Shown piece after piece: positions 12,889 to 28,700 of a DNA stretch of 64,000 bases. Source of the DNA: Laetmonice hystrix (lineage: Eukaryota); the NCBI GenBank assembly GCA_965235115.1, contig OZ249436.1:43154001-43218000 (forward strand), in the 5' to 3' direction. Below the pieces are notes generated by a model. The model saw only the letters and a program-made list of their open reading frames with translations, had not been told where the DNA came from and searched no databases. The translations under genes and the position numbers were made by a program. Position 1 is the first letter of the stretch; each line of letters begins with the position of its first letter.

Positions 12889-15800
12889 AGGTAAGATGTA
12901 GGGACTTCTCACTCTACTGGTTGGCCTCCCACACTGCTTGGCCCCACAGTGTACTGTTTGGCCTCACTGTACTCTTTGGCCTCACTGTAGTGTTCGCTTG
13001 CGTGCCAGGCCAGCCAGTATACCTTGTAGCGATTCTTCCCTGTACTGTTTGGCCTCCCTGTACCGTTTGCTTGTATACAAGAGTAGCTAGTAGTATAGGG
13101 ACGCCTCATGTTTCATGTTTCCATGCCTTTATTGTCCAGGAGGCAGGCCATACGTTTCGTTTATCATCTACTCCCATCTAACCTGTGTCCCCTACAGACC
13201 ATCTGTAAGCGTCCAAGAACGTTGTCAGGTCGTCCCAATGACTGTTTGCCGTAAAGGTTAATTAACAATAGGAAAATTGCGTTGTACGCCTTTTCTATAT
13301 CAGATATCCCCTCCCCAAGTAACAAAGAGACAAAGAAAGATTACACAGAGATGAACATTGCAGGCAGAAAACACCAGGGTGCAGCGGTGCTGACTGCACT
13401 GCCGCCTTACGGCCAGCAGTGGAATCACCACGTACACCTGGCCGTGTACACTTCCCATTTGAGTATCTTCTCCAGATTTTAACATTAGATGCTCCTCGCC
13501 TGTACCTTTCATTTCCATTACCTCGCTGTAGTGTTTGCATGGCTACTATAGCCCAGCAGGTAAGATGTAGGGACTTCTCACTCTACTGGTTGGCCTCCCA
13601 CACTGCTTGGCCCCACAGTGTACTGTTTGGCCTCACTGTACTCTTTGGCCTCACTGTAGTGTTCGCTGGCGTGCCAGGCCAGCCAGTATACCTTGTAGCG
13701 ATTCTTCCCTGTACTGTTTGGCCTTCCTGTACCGTTTGCTTGTATACAAGAGTAGCTAGTAGTATAGGGACGCCTCATGTTTCATGTTTCCATGCCTTTA
13801 TTGTCCAGGAGGCAGGCCATACGTTTCGTTTATCATCTACTCCCATCTAACCTGTGTCCCCTACAGACCATCTGTAAGCGTCCAAGAACGTTGTCAGGTC
13901 GTCCCAATGACTGTTTGCCGTAAAGGTTAATTAACAATGGGAAAATTGCGTTGTACGCCTTTTCTATATCAGATATCCCCTCCCCAAGTAACAAAGAGAC
14001 AAAGAAAGATTACACAGAGATGAACATTGCAGGCAGAAAACACCAGGGTGCAGCGGTGCTGACTGCACTGCCGCCTTACGGCCAGCAGTGGAATCACCAC
14101 GTACACCTGGCCGTGTACACTTCCCATTTGAGTATCTTCTCCAGATTTTAACATTAGATGCTCCTCGCCTGTACCTTTCATTTCCATTACCTCGCTGTAG
14201 TGTTTGCATGGCTACTATAGCCCAGCAGGTAAGATGTAGGGACTTCTCACTCTACTGGTTGGCCTCCCACACTGCTTGGCCCCACAGTGTACTGTTTGGC
14301 CTCACTGTACTCTTTGGCCTCACTGTAGTGTTCGCTGGCGTGCCAGGCCAGCCAGTATACCTTGTAGCGATTCTTCCCTGTACTGTTTGGCCTCCCTGTA
14401 CCGTTTGCTTGTATACAAGAGAAGCTAGTAGTATAGGGACGCCTCATGTTTCATGTTTCCATGCCTTTATTGTCCAGGAGGCAGGCCATACGTTTCGTTT
14501 ATCATCTACTCCCATCTAACCTGTGTCCCCTACAGACCATCTGTAAGCGTCCAAGAACGGTGTCAGGTCGTCCCAATGACTGTTTGCCGTAAAGGTTAAT
14601 TAACAATGGGAAAATTGCGTTGTACGCCTTTTCTATATCAGATATCCCCTCCCCAAGTAACAAACAGACAAAGAAAGATTACACAGAGATAAACATTGCA
14701 GGCAGAAAACACCAGGGTGCAGCGGTGCTGACTGCACTGCCGCCTTACGGCCAGCAGTGGAATCACCACGTACACCTGGCCGGGCTGGCAGGCACCTGTG
14801 GCTCTGAGGCGAGAGACAGGTTAAAGCAATGATATGCGAAAAATGGCTACATTTTTGATACGTCAAATTGAAACTACGCCCCCAAAATTATTATTCTTAG
14901 GCCAGATGTATGACTGTGAAACGTATAGGTCTCGTACGTTCGCTACAGATATTTGGTTGTGATGTGTACACTTCCCATTTGAGTATCTTCTCCAGATTTT
15001 AACATTAGATGCTCCTCGCCTGTACCTTCCATTTCCATTACCTCGCTGTAGTGTTTGCATGGCTACTATAGGCCAGCAGGTAAGATGTTGGGACTTCTCA
15101 CTCTACTGGTTGGCCTCCCACACTGCTTGGCCCCACAGTGTACTGTTTGGCCTCACTGTACTCTTTGGCCTCACTGTAGTGTTCGCTTGCGTGCCAGGCC
15201 AGCCAGTATACCTTGTAGCGATTCTTCCCTGTACTGTTTGGCCTCCCTGTACCGTTTGCTTGTATACAAGAGTAGCTAGTAGTATAGGGACGCCTCATGT
15301 TTCATGTTTCCATGCCTTTATTGTCCAGGAGGCAGGCCATACGTTTCGTTTATCATCTACTCCCATCTAACCTGTGTCCCCTACAGACCATCTGTAAGCG
15401 TCCAAGAACGTTGTCAGGTCGTCCCAATGACTGTTTGCCGTAAAGGTTAATTAACAATGGGAAAATTGCGTTGTACGCCTTTTCTATATCAGATATCCCC
15501 TCCCCAAGTAACAAACAGACAAAGAAAGATTACACAGAGATGAACATTGCAGGCAGAAAACACCAGTGTGCAGCGGTGCTGACTGCACTGCCGCCTTACG
15601 GCCAGCGGTGGAATCACCACGTACACCTGGCCGGGCTGGCAGGCACCTGTGGCTCTGAGGCGAGAGACAGGTTAAAGCAATGATATGCGAAAAATGGCTA
15701 CATTTTTGATACGTGAAATTGAAACTACGCCCCCAAAATTATTATTCTTAGGCCAGATGTATGACTGTGAAACGTATAGGTCTCGTACGTTCGCTACAGA

Positions 15801-18800
15801 TATTTGGTTGTGATGTGTACACTTCCCATTTGAGTATCTTCTCCAGATTTTAACATTAGATGCTCCTCGCCTGTACCTTCCATTTCCATTACCTCGCTGT
15901 AGTGTTTGCATGGCTACTATAGGCCAGCAGGTAAGATGTAGGGACTTCTCACTCTACTGGTTGGCCTCCCACACTGCTTGGCCCCACAGTGTACTGTTTG
16001 GCCTCACTGTACTCTTTGGCCTCACTGTAGTGTTCGCTTGCGTGCCAGGCCAGCCAGTATACCTTGTAGCGATTCTTCCCTGTACTGTTTGGCCTCCCTG
16101 TACGGTTTGCTTGTATACAAGAGTAGCTAGTAGTATAGGGACGCCTCATGTTTCATGTTTCCATGCCTTTATTGTCCAGGAGGCAGGCCATACGTTTCGT
16201 TTATCATCTACTCCCATCTAACCTGTGTCCCCTACAGACCATCTGTAAGCGTCCAAGAACGTTGTCAGGTCGTCCCAATGACTGTTTGCCGTAAAGGTTA
16301 ATTAACAATGGGAAAATTGCGTTGTACGCCTTTTCTATATCAGATATCCCCTCCCCAAGTAACAAACAGACAAAGAAAGATTACACAGAGATGAACATTA
16401 CAGGCAGAAAACACCAGTGTGCAGCAGTGCTGACTGCACTGCCGCCTTACGGCCAGCGGTGGAATCACCACGTACACCTGGCCGGGCTGGCAGGCACCTG
16501 TGGCTCTGAGGCGAGAGACAGGTTAAAGCAATGATAAGCGAAAAATGGCTACACTTTTGATACTTCAAATTGAAACTACGCCCCCAAAATTATTATTCTT
16601 AGGCCAGATGTATGACTGTGAAACGTATAGGTCTCGTACGTTCGCTACAGATATTTGGTTCTGATGTGTACACTTCCCATTTGAGTATCTTCTCCAGATT
16701 TTAACATTAGATGCTCCTCGCCTGTACCTTTCATTTCCATTACCTCGCTGTAGAGTTTGCATGGCTACTATAGGCCAGCAGGTAAGATGTAGGGACTTCT
16801 CACTCTACTGGTTGGCCTCCCACACTGCTTGGCCCCACAGTGTACTGTTTGGCCTCACTGTACTCTTTGGCCTCATTGTAGTGTTCGCTTGCGTGCCAGG
16901 CCAGCCAGTATACCTTGTAGCGATTCTTCCCTGTACTGTTTGGCCTCCCTGTACCGTTTGCTTGTATACAAGAGTAGCTATTAGTATAGGGACGCCTCAT
17001 GTTTCATATTTCCATGCCTTTATTGTCCAGGAGGCAGGCCATACGTTTCGTTTATCATCTACTCCCATCTAACCTGTGTCCCCTACAGACCATCTGTAAG
17101 CGTCCAAGAACGTTGTCAGGTCGTCCCAACAACTGTTTGCCGTAAAGGTTAATTAACAATGGGAAAATTGCGTTGTACGCCTTTTCTATATCAGATATCC
17201 CCTCCCCAAGTAACAAACAGACAAAGAAAGATTACACAGAGATGAACACTGCAGGCAGAAAACACCAGTGTGCAGCGGTGCTGACTGCACTGCCGCCTTA
17301 CGGCCAGCAGTGGAATCACCACGTACACCTGGCCGGGCTGGCAGGCACCTGTGGCTCTGAGGCGAGAGACAGGTTAAAGCAACGATATGCGAAAAATGGC
17401 TACATTTTTGATATGTCAAATTGAAACTACGCCCCCAAAATTATTATTCTTAGGCCAGATGTATGACTGTGAAACGTATAGGTCTCGTACGTTCGCTACA
17501 GATATTTGGTTGTGATGTGTACACTTCCCATTTGAGTATCTTCTCCAGATTTTAACATTAGATGCTCCTCGCCTGTACCTTTCATTTCCATTACCTCGCT
17601 GTAGTGTTTGCATGGCTACTATAGGCCAGCAGGTAAGATGTAGGGACTTCTCACTCTACTGGTTGGCCTCCCACACTGCTTGGCCCCACAGTGTACTGTT
17701 TGGCCTCACTGTACTCTTTGGCCTCACTGTAGTGTTCGCTTGCGTGCCAGGCCAGCCAGTATACCTTGTAGCGATTCTTCCCTGTACTGTTTGGCCTCCC
17801 TGTACCGTTTGCTTGTATACAAGAGTAGCTAGTAGTATAGGGACGCCTCATGTTTCATGTTTCCATGCCTTTATTGTCCAGGAGGCAGGCCATACGTTTC
17901 GTTTATCATCTACTCCCATCTAACCTGTGTCCCCCACAGACCATCTGTAAGCGTCCAAGAACGTTGTCAGGTCGTCCCAATGACTGTTTGCCGTAAAGGT
18001 TAATTAACAATGGGAAAATTGCGTTGTACGCCTTTTCTATATCAGATATCCCCTCCCCAAGTAACAAACAGACAAAGAAAGATTACACAGAGATGAACAT
18101 TGCAGGCAGAAAACACCAGTGTGCAGCGGTGCTGACTGCACTGCCGCCTTACGGCCAGCGGTGGAATCACCACGTACACCTGGCCGGGCTGGCAGGCACC
18201 TGTGGCTCTGAGGCGAGAGACAGGTTAAAGCAATGATATGCGAAAAATGGCTACATTTTTGATACGTGAAATTGAAACTACGCCCCCAAAATTATTATTC
18301 TTAGGCCAGATGTATGACTGTGAAACGTATAGGTCTCGTACGTTCGCTACAGATATTTGGTTGTGATGTGTACACTTCCCATTTGAGTATCTTCTCCAGA
18401 TTTTAACATTAGATGCTCCTCGCCTGTACCTTCCATTTCCATTACCTCGCTGTAGTGTTTGCATGGCTACTATAGGCCAGCAGGTAAGATGTAGGGACTT
18501 CTCACTCTACTGGTTGGCCTCCCACACTGCTTGGCCCCACAGTGTACTGTTTGGCCTCACTGTACTCTTTGGCCTCACTGTAGTGTTCGCTTGCGTGCCA
18601 GGCCAGCCAGTATACCTTGTAGCGATTCTTCCCTGTACTGTTTGGCCTCCCTGTACCGTTTGCTTGTATACAAGAGTAGCTAGTAGTATAGGGACGCCTC
18701 ATGTTTCATGTTTCCATGCCTTTATTGTCCAGGAGGCAGGCCATACGTTTCGTTTATCATCTACTCCCATCTAACCTGTGTCCCCTACAGACCATCTGTA

Positions 18801-21800
18801 AGCGTCCAAGAACGTTGTCAGGTCGTCCCAATGACTGTTTGCCGTAAAGGTTAATTAACAATGGGAAAATTGCGTTGTACGCCTTTTCTATATCAGATAT
18901 CCCCTCCCCAAGTAACAAACAGACAAAGAAAGATTACACAGAGATGAACATTGCAGGCAGAAAACACCAGGGTGCAGCGGTGCTGACTGCACTGCCGCCT
19001 TACGGCCAGCAGAGGAATCACCACGTACGCCTGGCCGGGCTTGCAGGCACCTGTGGCTCTGAGGCGAGAGACAGGTTAAAGCAATGATATGCGAAAAATG
19101 GCTACATTTTTGATACGTCAAATTGAAACTACGCCCCCAAAATTATTATTCTTAGGCCAGATGTATGACTGTGAAACGTATAGGTCTCGTACGTTCGCTA
19201 CAGATATTTGGTTGTGATGTGTACACTTCCCATTTGAGTATCTTCTCCAGATTTTAACATTAGATGCTCCTCGCCTGTACCTTTCATTTCCATTACCTCG
19301 CTGTAGTGTTTGCATGGCTACTATAGGCCAGCAGGTAAGATGTAGGGACTTCTCACTCTACTGGTTGGCCTCCCACACTGCTTGGCCCCACAGTGTACTG
19401 TTTGGCCTCACTGTACTCTTTGGCCTCACTGTAGTGTTCGCTTGCGTGCCAGGCCAGCCAGTATACCTTGTAGCGATTCTTCCCTGTACTGTTTGGCCTC
19501 CCTGTACCGTTTGCTTGTATACAAGAGTAGCTAGTAGTATAGGGACGCCTCATGTTTCATGTTTCCATGCCTTTATTGTCCAGGAGGCAGGCCATACGTT
19601 TCGTTTATCATCTACTCCCATCTAACCTGTGTCCCCTACAGACCATCTGTAAGCGTCCAAGAACGTTGTCAGGTCGTCCCAATGACTGTTTGCCGTAAAG
19701 GTTAATTAACAATGGGAAAATTGCGTTGTACGCCTTTTCTATATCAGATATCCCCTCCCCAAGTAACAAAGAGACAAAGAAAGATTACACAGAGATGAAC
19801 ATTGCAGGCAGAAAACACCAGGGTGCAGCGGTGCTGACTGCACTGCCGCCTTACGGCCAGCAGTGGAATCACCACGTACACCTGGCCGTGTACACTTCCC
19901 ATTTGAGTATCTTCTCCAGATTTTAACATTAGATGCTCCTCGCCTGTACCTTTCATTTCCATTACCTCGCTGTAGTGTTTGCATGGCTACTATAGCCCAG
20001 CAGGTAAGATGTAGGGACTTCTCACTCTACTGGTTGGCCTCCCACACTGCTTGGCCCCACAGTGTACTGTTTGGCCTCACTGTACTCTTTGGCCTCACTG
20101 TAGTGTTCGCTGGCGTGCCAGGCCAGCCAGTATACCTTGTAGCGATTCTTCCCTGTACTGTTTGGCCTTCCTGTACCGTTTGCTTGTATACAAGAGTAGC
20201 TAGTAGTATAGGGACGCCTCATGTTTCATGTTTCCATGCCTTTATTGTCCAGGAGGCAGGCCATACGTTTCGTTTATCATCTACTCCCATCTAACCTGTG
20301 TCCCCTACAGACCATCTGTAAGCGTCCAAGAACGTTGTCAGGTCGTCCCAATGACTGTTTGCCGTAAAGGTTAATTAACAATGGGAAAATTGCGTTGTAC
20401 GCCTTTTCTATATCAGATATCCCCTCCCCAAGTAACAAAGAGACAAAGAAAGATTACACAGAGATGAACATTGCAGGCAGAAAACACCAGGGTGCAGCGG
20501 TGCTGACTGCACTGCCGCCTTACGGCCAGCAGTGGAATCACCACGTACACCTGGCCGTGTACACTTCCCATTTGAGTATCTTCTCCAGATTTTAACATTA
20601 GATGCTCCTCGCCTGTACCTTTCATTTCCATTACCTCGCTGTAGTGTTTGCATGGCTACTATAGCCCAGCAGGTAAGATGTAGGGACTTCTCACTCTACT
20701 GGTTGGCCTCCCACACTGCTTGGCCCCACAGTGTACTGTTTGGCCTCACTGTACTCTTTGGCCTCACTGTAGTGTTCGCTGGCGTGCCAGGCCAGCCAGT
20801 ATACCTTGTAGCGATTCTTCCCTGTACTGTTTGGCCTCCCTGTACCGTTTGCTTGTATACAAGAGAAGCTAGTAGTATAGGGACGCCTCATGTTTCATGT
20901 TTCCATGCCTTTATTGTCCAGGAGGCAGGCCATACGTTTCGTTTATCATCTACTCCCATCTAACCTGTGTCCCCTACAGACCATCTGTAAGCGTCCAAGA
21001 ACGGTGTCAGGTCGTCCCAATGACTGTTTGCCGTAAAGGTTAATTAACAATGGGAAAATTGCGTTGTACGCCTTTTCTATATCAGATATCCCCTCCCCAA
21101 GTAACAAACAGACAAAGAAAGATTACACAGAGATAAACATTGCAGGCAGAAAACACCAGGGTGCAGCGGTGCTGACTGCACTGCCGCCTTACGGCCAGCA
21201 GTGGAATCACCACGTACACCTGGCCGGGCTGGCAGGCACCTGTGGCTCTGAGGCGAGAGACAGGTTAAAGCAATGATATGCGAAAAATGGCTACATTTTT
21301 GATACGTCAAATTGAAACTACGCCCCCAAAATTATTATTCTTAGGCCAGATGTATGACTGTGAAACGTATAGGTCTCGTACGTTCGCTACAGATATTTGG
21401 TTGTGATGTGTACACTTCCCATTTGAGTATCTTCTCCAGATTTTAACATTAGATGCTCCTCGCCTGTACCTTCCATTTCCATTACCTCGCTGTAGTGTTT
21501 GCATGGCTACTATAGGCCAGCAGGTAAGATGTAGGGACTTCTCACTCTACTGGTTGGCCTCCCACACTGCTTGGCCCCACAGTGTACTGTTTGGCCTCAC
21601 TGTACTCTTTGGCCTCACTGTAGTGTTCGCTTGCGTGCCAGGCCAGCCAGTATACCTTGTAGCGATTCTTCCCTGTACTGTTTGGCCTCCCTGTACGGTT
21701 TGCTTGTATACAAGAGTAGCTAGTAGTATAGGGACGCCTCATGTTTCATGTTTCCATGCCTTTATTGTCCAGGAGGCAGGCCATACGTTTCGTTTATCAT

Positions 21801-24800
21801 CTACTCCCATCTAACCTGTGTCCCCTACAGACCATCTGTAAGCGTCCAAGAACGTTGTCAGGTCGTCCCAATGACTGTTTGCCGTAAAGGTTAATTAACA
21901 ATGGGAAAATTGCGTTGTACGCCTTTTCTATATCAGATATCCCCTCCCCAAGTAACAAACAGACAAAGAAAGATTACACAGAGATGAACATTGCAGGCAG
22001 AAAACACCAGTGTGCAGCGGTGCTGACTGCACTGCCGCCTTACGGCCAGCGGTGGAATCACCACGTACACCTGGCCGGGCTGGCAGGCACCTGTGGCTCT
22101 GAGGCGAGAGACAGGTTAAAGCAATGATATGCGAAAAATGGCTACATTTTTGATACGTGAAATTGAAACTACGCCCCCAAAATTATTATTCTTAGGCCAG
22201 ATGTATGACTGTGAAACGTATAGGTCTCGTACGTTCGCTACAGATATTTGGTTGTGATGTGTACACTTCCCATTTGAGTATCTTCTCCAGATTTTAACAT
22301 TAGATGCTCCTCGCCTGTACCTTCCATTTCCATTACCTCGCTGTAGTGTTTGCATGGCTACTATAGGCCAGCAGGTAAGATGTAGGGACTTCTCACTCTA
22401 CTGGTTGGCCTCCCACACTGCTTGGCCCCACAGTGTACTGTTTGGCCTCACTGTACTCTTTGGCCTCACTGTAGTGTTCGCTTGCGTGCCAGGCCAGCCA
22501 GTATACCTTGTAGCGATTCTTCCCTGTACTGTTTGGCCTCCCTGTACGGTTTGCTTGTATACAAGAGTAGCTAGTAGTATAGGGACGCCTCATGTTTCAT
22601 GTTTCCATGCCTTTATTGTCCAGGAGGCAGGCCATACGTTTCGTTTATCATCTACTCCCATCTAACCTGTGTCCCCTACAGACCATCTGTAAGCGTCCAA
22701 GAACGTTGTCAGGTCGTCCCAATGACTGTTTGCCGTAAAGGTTAATTAACAATGGGAAAATTGCGTTGTACGCCTTTTCTATATCAGATATCCCCTCCCC
22801 AAGTAACAAACAGACAAAGAAAGATTACACAGAGATGAACATTACAGGCAGAAAACACCAGTGTGCAGCAGTGCTGACTGCACTGCCGCCTTACGGCCAG
22901 CGGTGGAATCACCACGTACACCTGGCCGGGCTGGCAGGCACCTGTGGCTCTGAGGCGAGAGACAGGTTAAAGCAATGATAAGCGAAAAATGGCTACACTT
23001 TTGATACTTCAAATTGAAACTACGCCCCCAAAATTATTATTCTTAGGCCAGATGTATGACTGTGAAACGTATAGGTCTCGTACGTTCGCTACAGATATTT
23101 GGTTCTGATGTGTACACTTCCCATTTGAGTATCTTCTCCAGATTTTAACATTAGATGCTCCTCGCCTGTACCTTTCATTTCCATTACCTCGCTGTAGAGT
23201 TTGCATGGCTACTATAGGCCAGCAGGTAAGATGTAGGGACTTCTCACTCTACTGGTTGGCCTCCCACACTGCTTGGCCCCACAGTGTACTGTTTGGCCTC
23301 ACTGTACTCTTTGGCCTCATTGTAGTGTTCGCTTGCGTGCCAGGCCAGCCAGTATACCTTGTAGCGATTCTTCCCTGTACTGTTTGGCCTCCCTGTACCG
23401 TTTGCTTGTATACAAGAGTAGCTATTAGTATAGGGACGCCTCATGTTTCATATTTCCATGCCTTTATTGTCCAGGAGGCAGGCCATACGTTTCGTTTATC
23501 ATCTACTCCCATCTAACCTGTGTCCCCTACAGACCATCTGTAAGCGTCCAAGAACGTTGTCAGGTCGTCCCAACAACTGTTTGCCGTAAAGGTTAATTAA
23601 CAATGGGAAAATTGCGTTGTACGCCTTTTCTATATCAGATATCCCCTCCCCAAGTAACAAACAGACAAAGAAAGATTACACAGAGATGAACACTGCAGGC
23701 AGAAAACACCAGTGTGCAGCGGTGCTGACTGCACTGCCGCCTTACGGCCAGCAGTGGAATCACCACGTACACCTGGCCGGGCTGGCAGGCACCTGTGGCT
23801 CTGAGGCGAGAGACAGGTTAAAGCAACGATATGCGAAAAATGGCTACATTTTTGATATGTCAAATTGAAACTACGCCCCCAAAATTATTATTCTTAGGCC
23901 AGATGTATGACTGTGAAACGTATAGGTCTCGTACGTTCGCTACAGATATTTGGTTGTGATGTGTACACTTCCCATTTGAGTATCTTCTCCAGATTTTAAC
24001 ATTAGATGCTCCTCGCCTGTACCTTTCATTTCCATTACCTCGCTGTAGTGTTTGCATGGCTACTATAGGCCAGCAGGTAAGATGTAGGGACTTCTCACTC
24101 TACTGGTTGGCCTCCCACACTGCTTGGCCCCACAGTGTACTGTTTGGCCTCACTGTACTCTTTGGCCTCACTGTAGTGTTCGCTTGCGTGCCAGGCCAGC
24201 CAGTATACCTTGTAGCGATTCTTCCCTGTACTGTTTGGCCTCCCTGTACCGTTTGCTTGTATACAAGAGTAGCTAGTAGTATAGGGACGCCTCATGTTTC
24301 ATGTTTCCATGCCTTTATTGTCCAGGAGGCAGGCCATACGTTTCGTTTATCATCTACTCCCATCTAACCTGTGTCCCCCACAGACCATCTGTAAGCGTCC
24401 AAGAACGTTGTCAGGTCGTCCCAATGACTGTTTGCCGTAAAGGTTAATTAACAATGGGAAAATTGCGTTGTACGCCTTTTCTATATCAGATATCCCCTCC
24501 CCAAGTAACAAACAGACAAAGAAAGATTACACAGAGATGAACATTGCAGGCAGAAAACACCAGTGTGCAGCGGTGCTGACTGCACTGCCGCCTTACGGCC
24601 AGCGGTGGAATCACCACGTACACCTGGCCGGGCTGGCAGGCACCTGTGGCTCTGAGGCGAGAGACAGGTTAAAGCAATGATATGCGAAAAATGGCTACAT
24701 TTTTGATACGTGAAATTGAAACTACGCCCCCAAAATTATTATTCTTAGGCCAGATGTATGACTGTGAAACGTATAGGTCTCGTACGTTCGCTACAGATAT

Positions 24801-25776
24801 TTGGTTGTGATGTGTACACTTCCCATTTGAGTATCTTCTCCAGATTTTAACATTAGATGCTCCTCGCCTGTACCTTCCATTTCCATTACCTCGCTGTAGT
24901 GTTTGCATGGCTACTATAGGCCAGCAGGTAAGATGTAGGGACTTCTCACTCTACTGGTTGGCCTCCCACACTGCTTGGCCCCACAGTGTACTGTTTGGCC
25001 TCACTGTACTCTTTGGCCTCACTGTAGTGTTCGCTTGCGTGCCAGGCCAGCCAGTATACCTTGTAGCGATTCTTCCCTGTACTGTTTGGCCTCCCTGTAC
25101 CGTTTGCTTGTATACAAGAGTAGCTAGTAGTATAGGGACGCCTCATGTTTCATGTTTCCATGCCTTTATTGTCCAGGAGGCAGGCCATACGTTTCGTTTA
25201 TCATCTACTCCCATCTAACCTGTGTCCCCTACAGACCATCTGTAAGCGTCCAAGAACGTTGTCAGGTCGTCCCAATGACTGTTTGCCGTAAAGGTTAATT
25301 AACAATGGGAAAATTGCGTTGTACGCCTTTTCTATATCAGATATCCCCTCCCCAAGTAACAAACAGACAAAGAAAGATTACACAGAGATGAACATTGCAG
25401 GCAGAAAACACCAGGGTGCAGCGGTGCTGACTGCACTGCCGCCTTACGGCCAGCAGAGGAATCACCACGTACGCCTGGCCGGGCTTGCAGGCACCTGTGG
25501 CTCTGAGGCGAGAGACAGGTTAAAGCAATGATATGCGAAAAATGGCTACATTTTTGATACGTCAAATTGAAACTACGCCCCCAAAATTATTATTCTTAGG
25601 CCAGATGTATGACTGTGAAACGTATAGGTCTCGTACGTTCGCTACAGATATTTGGTTGTGATGTGTACACTTCCCATTTGAGTATCTTCTCCAGATTTTA
25701 ACATTAGATGCTCCTCGCCTGTACCTTTCATTTCCATTACCTCGCTGTAGTGTTTGCATGGCTACTATAGGCCAGC
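12889..25776. repeat. Higher-order repeat B: 6444-bp 8-mer (S-S-L-L-L-L-L-L), 2 copies
   Basis: Paired short monomers sit at markers 13282/13951, 19726/20395 and 26170/26839. The distinctive ATTACAGG/ATAAGCG/GGTTCTGATG monomer occurs at 16322 and 22766 (+6444). Confidence 0.93.
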
Positions 25777-28700
25777 AGGTAAGATGTAGGGACTTCTCAC
25801 TCTACTGGTTGGCCTCCCACACTGCTTGGCCCCACAGTGTACTGTTTGGCCTCACTGTACTCTTTGGCCTCACTGTAGTGTTCGCTTGCGTGCCAGGCCA
25901 GCCAGTATACCTTGTAGCGATTCTTCCCTGTACTGTTTGGCCTCCCTGTACCGTTTGCTTGTATACAAGAGTAGCTAGTAGTATAGGGACGCCTCATGTT
26001 TCATGTTTCCATGCCTTTATTGTCCAGGAGGCAGGCCATACGTTTCGTTTATCATCTACTCCCATCTAACCTGTGTCCCCTACAGACCATCTGTAAGCGT
26101 CCAAGAACGTTGTCAGGTCGTCCCAATGACTGTTTGCCGTAAAGGTTAATTAACAATGGGAAAATTGCGTTGTACGCCTTTTCTATATCAGATATCCCCT
26201 CCCCAAGTAACAAAGAGACAAAGAAAGATTACACAGAGATGAACATTGCAGGCAGAAAACACCAGGGTGCAGCGGTGCTGACTGCACTGCCGCCTTACGG
26301 CCAGCAGTGGAATCACCACGTACACCTGGCCGTGTACACTTCCCATTTGAGTATCTTCTCCAGATTTTAACATTAGATGCTCCTCGCCTGTACCTTTCAT
26401 TTCCATTACCTCGCTGTAGTGTTTGCATGGCTACTATAGCCCAGCAGGTAAGATGTAGGGACTTCTCACTCTACTGGTTGGCCTCCCACACTGCTTGGCC
26501 CCACAGTGTACTGTTTGGCCTCACTGTACTCTTTGGCCTCACTGTAGTGTTCGCTGGCGTGCCAGGCCAGCCAGTATACCTTGTAGCGATTCTTCCCTGT
26601 ACTGTTTGGCCTTCCTGTACCGTTTGCTTGTATACAAGAGTAGCTAGTAGTATAGGGACGCCTCATGTTTCATGTTTCCATGCCTTTATTGTCCAGGAGG
26701 CAGGCCATACGTTTCGTTTATCATCTACTCCCATCTAACCTGTGTCCCCTACAGACCATCTGTAAGCGTCCAAGAACGTTGTCAGGTCGTCCCAATGACT
26801 GTTTGCCGTAAAGGTTAATTAACAATGGGAAAATTGCGTTGTACGCCTTTTCTATATCAGATATCCCCTCCCCAAGTAACAAAGAGACAAAGAAAGATTA
26901 CACAGAGATGAACATTGCAGGCAGAAAACACCAGGGTGCAGCGGTGCTGACTGCACTGCCGCCTTACGGCCAGCAGTGGAATCACCACGTACACCTGGCC
27001 GTGTACACTTCCCATTTGAGTATCTTCTCCAGATTTTAACATTAGATGCTCCTCGCCTGTACCTTTCATTTCCATTACCTCGCTGTAGTGTTTGCATGGC
27101 TACTATAGCCCAGCAGGTAAGATGTAGGGACTTCTCACTCTACTGGTTGGCCTCCCACACTGCTTGGCCCCACAGTGTACTGTTTGGCCTCACTGTACTC
27201 TTTGGCCTCACTGTAGTGTTCGCTGGCGTGCCAGGCCAGCCAGTATACCTTGTAGCGATTCTTCCCTGTACTGTTTGGCCTCCCTGTACCGTTTGCTTGT
27301 ATACAAGAGAAGCTAGTAGTATAGGGACGCCTCATGTTTCATGTTTCCATGCCTTTATTGTCCAGGAGGCAGGCCATACGTTTCGTTTATCATCTACTCC
27401 CATCTAACCTGTGTCCCCTACAGACCATCTGTAAGCGTCCAAGAACGGTGTCAGGTCGTCCCAATGACTGTTTGCCGTAAAGGTTAATTAACAATGGGAA
27501 AATTGCGTTGTACGCCTTTTCTATATCAGATATCCCCTCCCCAAGTAACAAACAGACAAAGAAAGATTACACAGAGATAAACATTGCAGGCAGAAAACAC
27601 CAGGGTGCAGCGGTGCTGACTGCACTGCCGCCTTACGGCCAGCAGTGGAATCACCACGTACACCTGGCCGGGCTGGCAGGCACCTGTGGCTCTGAGGCGA
27701 GAGACAGGTTAAAGCAATGATATGCGAAAAATGGCTACATTTTTGATACGTCAAATTGAAACTACGCCCCCAAAATTATTATTCTTAGGCCAGATGTATG
27801 ACTGTGAAACGTATAGGTCTCGTACGTTCGCTACAGATATTTGGTTGTGATGTGTACACTTCCCATTTGAGTATCTTCTCCAGATTTTAACATTAGATGC
27901 TCCTCGCCTGTACCTTCCATTTCCATTACCTCGCTGTAGTGTTTGCATGGCTACTATAGGCCAGCAGGTAAGATGTAGGGACTTCTCACTCTACTGGTTG
28001 GCCTCCCACACTGCTTGGCCCCACAGTGTACTGTTTGGCCTCACTGTACTCTTTGGCCTCACTGTAGTGTTCGCTTGCGTGCCAGGCCAGCCAGTATACC
28101 TTGTAGCGATTCTTCCCTGTACTGTTTGGCCTCCCTGTACGGTTTGCTTGTATACAAGAGTAGCTAGTAGTATAGGGACGCCTCATGTTTCATGTTTCCA
28201 TGCCTTTATTGTCCAGGAGGCAGGCCATACGTTTCGTTTATCATCTACTCCCATCTAACCTGTGTCCCCTACAGACCATCTGTAAGCGTCCAAGAACGTT
28301 GTCAGGTCGTCCCAATGACTGTTTGCCGTAAAGGTTAATTAACAATGGGAAAATTGCGTTGTACGCCTTTTCTATATCAGATATCCCCTCCCCAAGTAAC
28401 AAACAGACAAAGAAAGATTACACAGAGATGAACATTGCAGGCAGAAAACACCAGTGTGCAGCGGTGCTGACTGCACTGCCGCCTTACGGCCAGCGGTGGA
28501 ATCACCACGTACACCTGGCCGGGCTGGCAGGCACCTGTGGCTCTGAGGCGAGAGACAGGTTAAAGCAATGATATGCGAAAAATGGCTACATTTTTGATAC
28601 GTGAAATTGAAACTACGCCCCCAAAATTATTATTCTTAGGCCAGATGTATGACTGTGAAACGTATAGGTCTCGTACGTTCGCTACAGATATTTGGTTGTG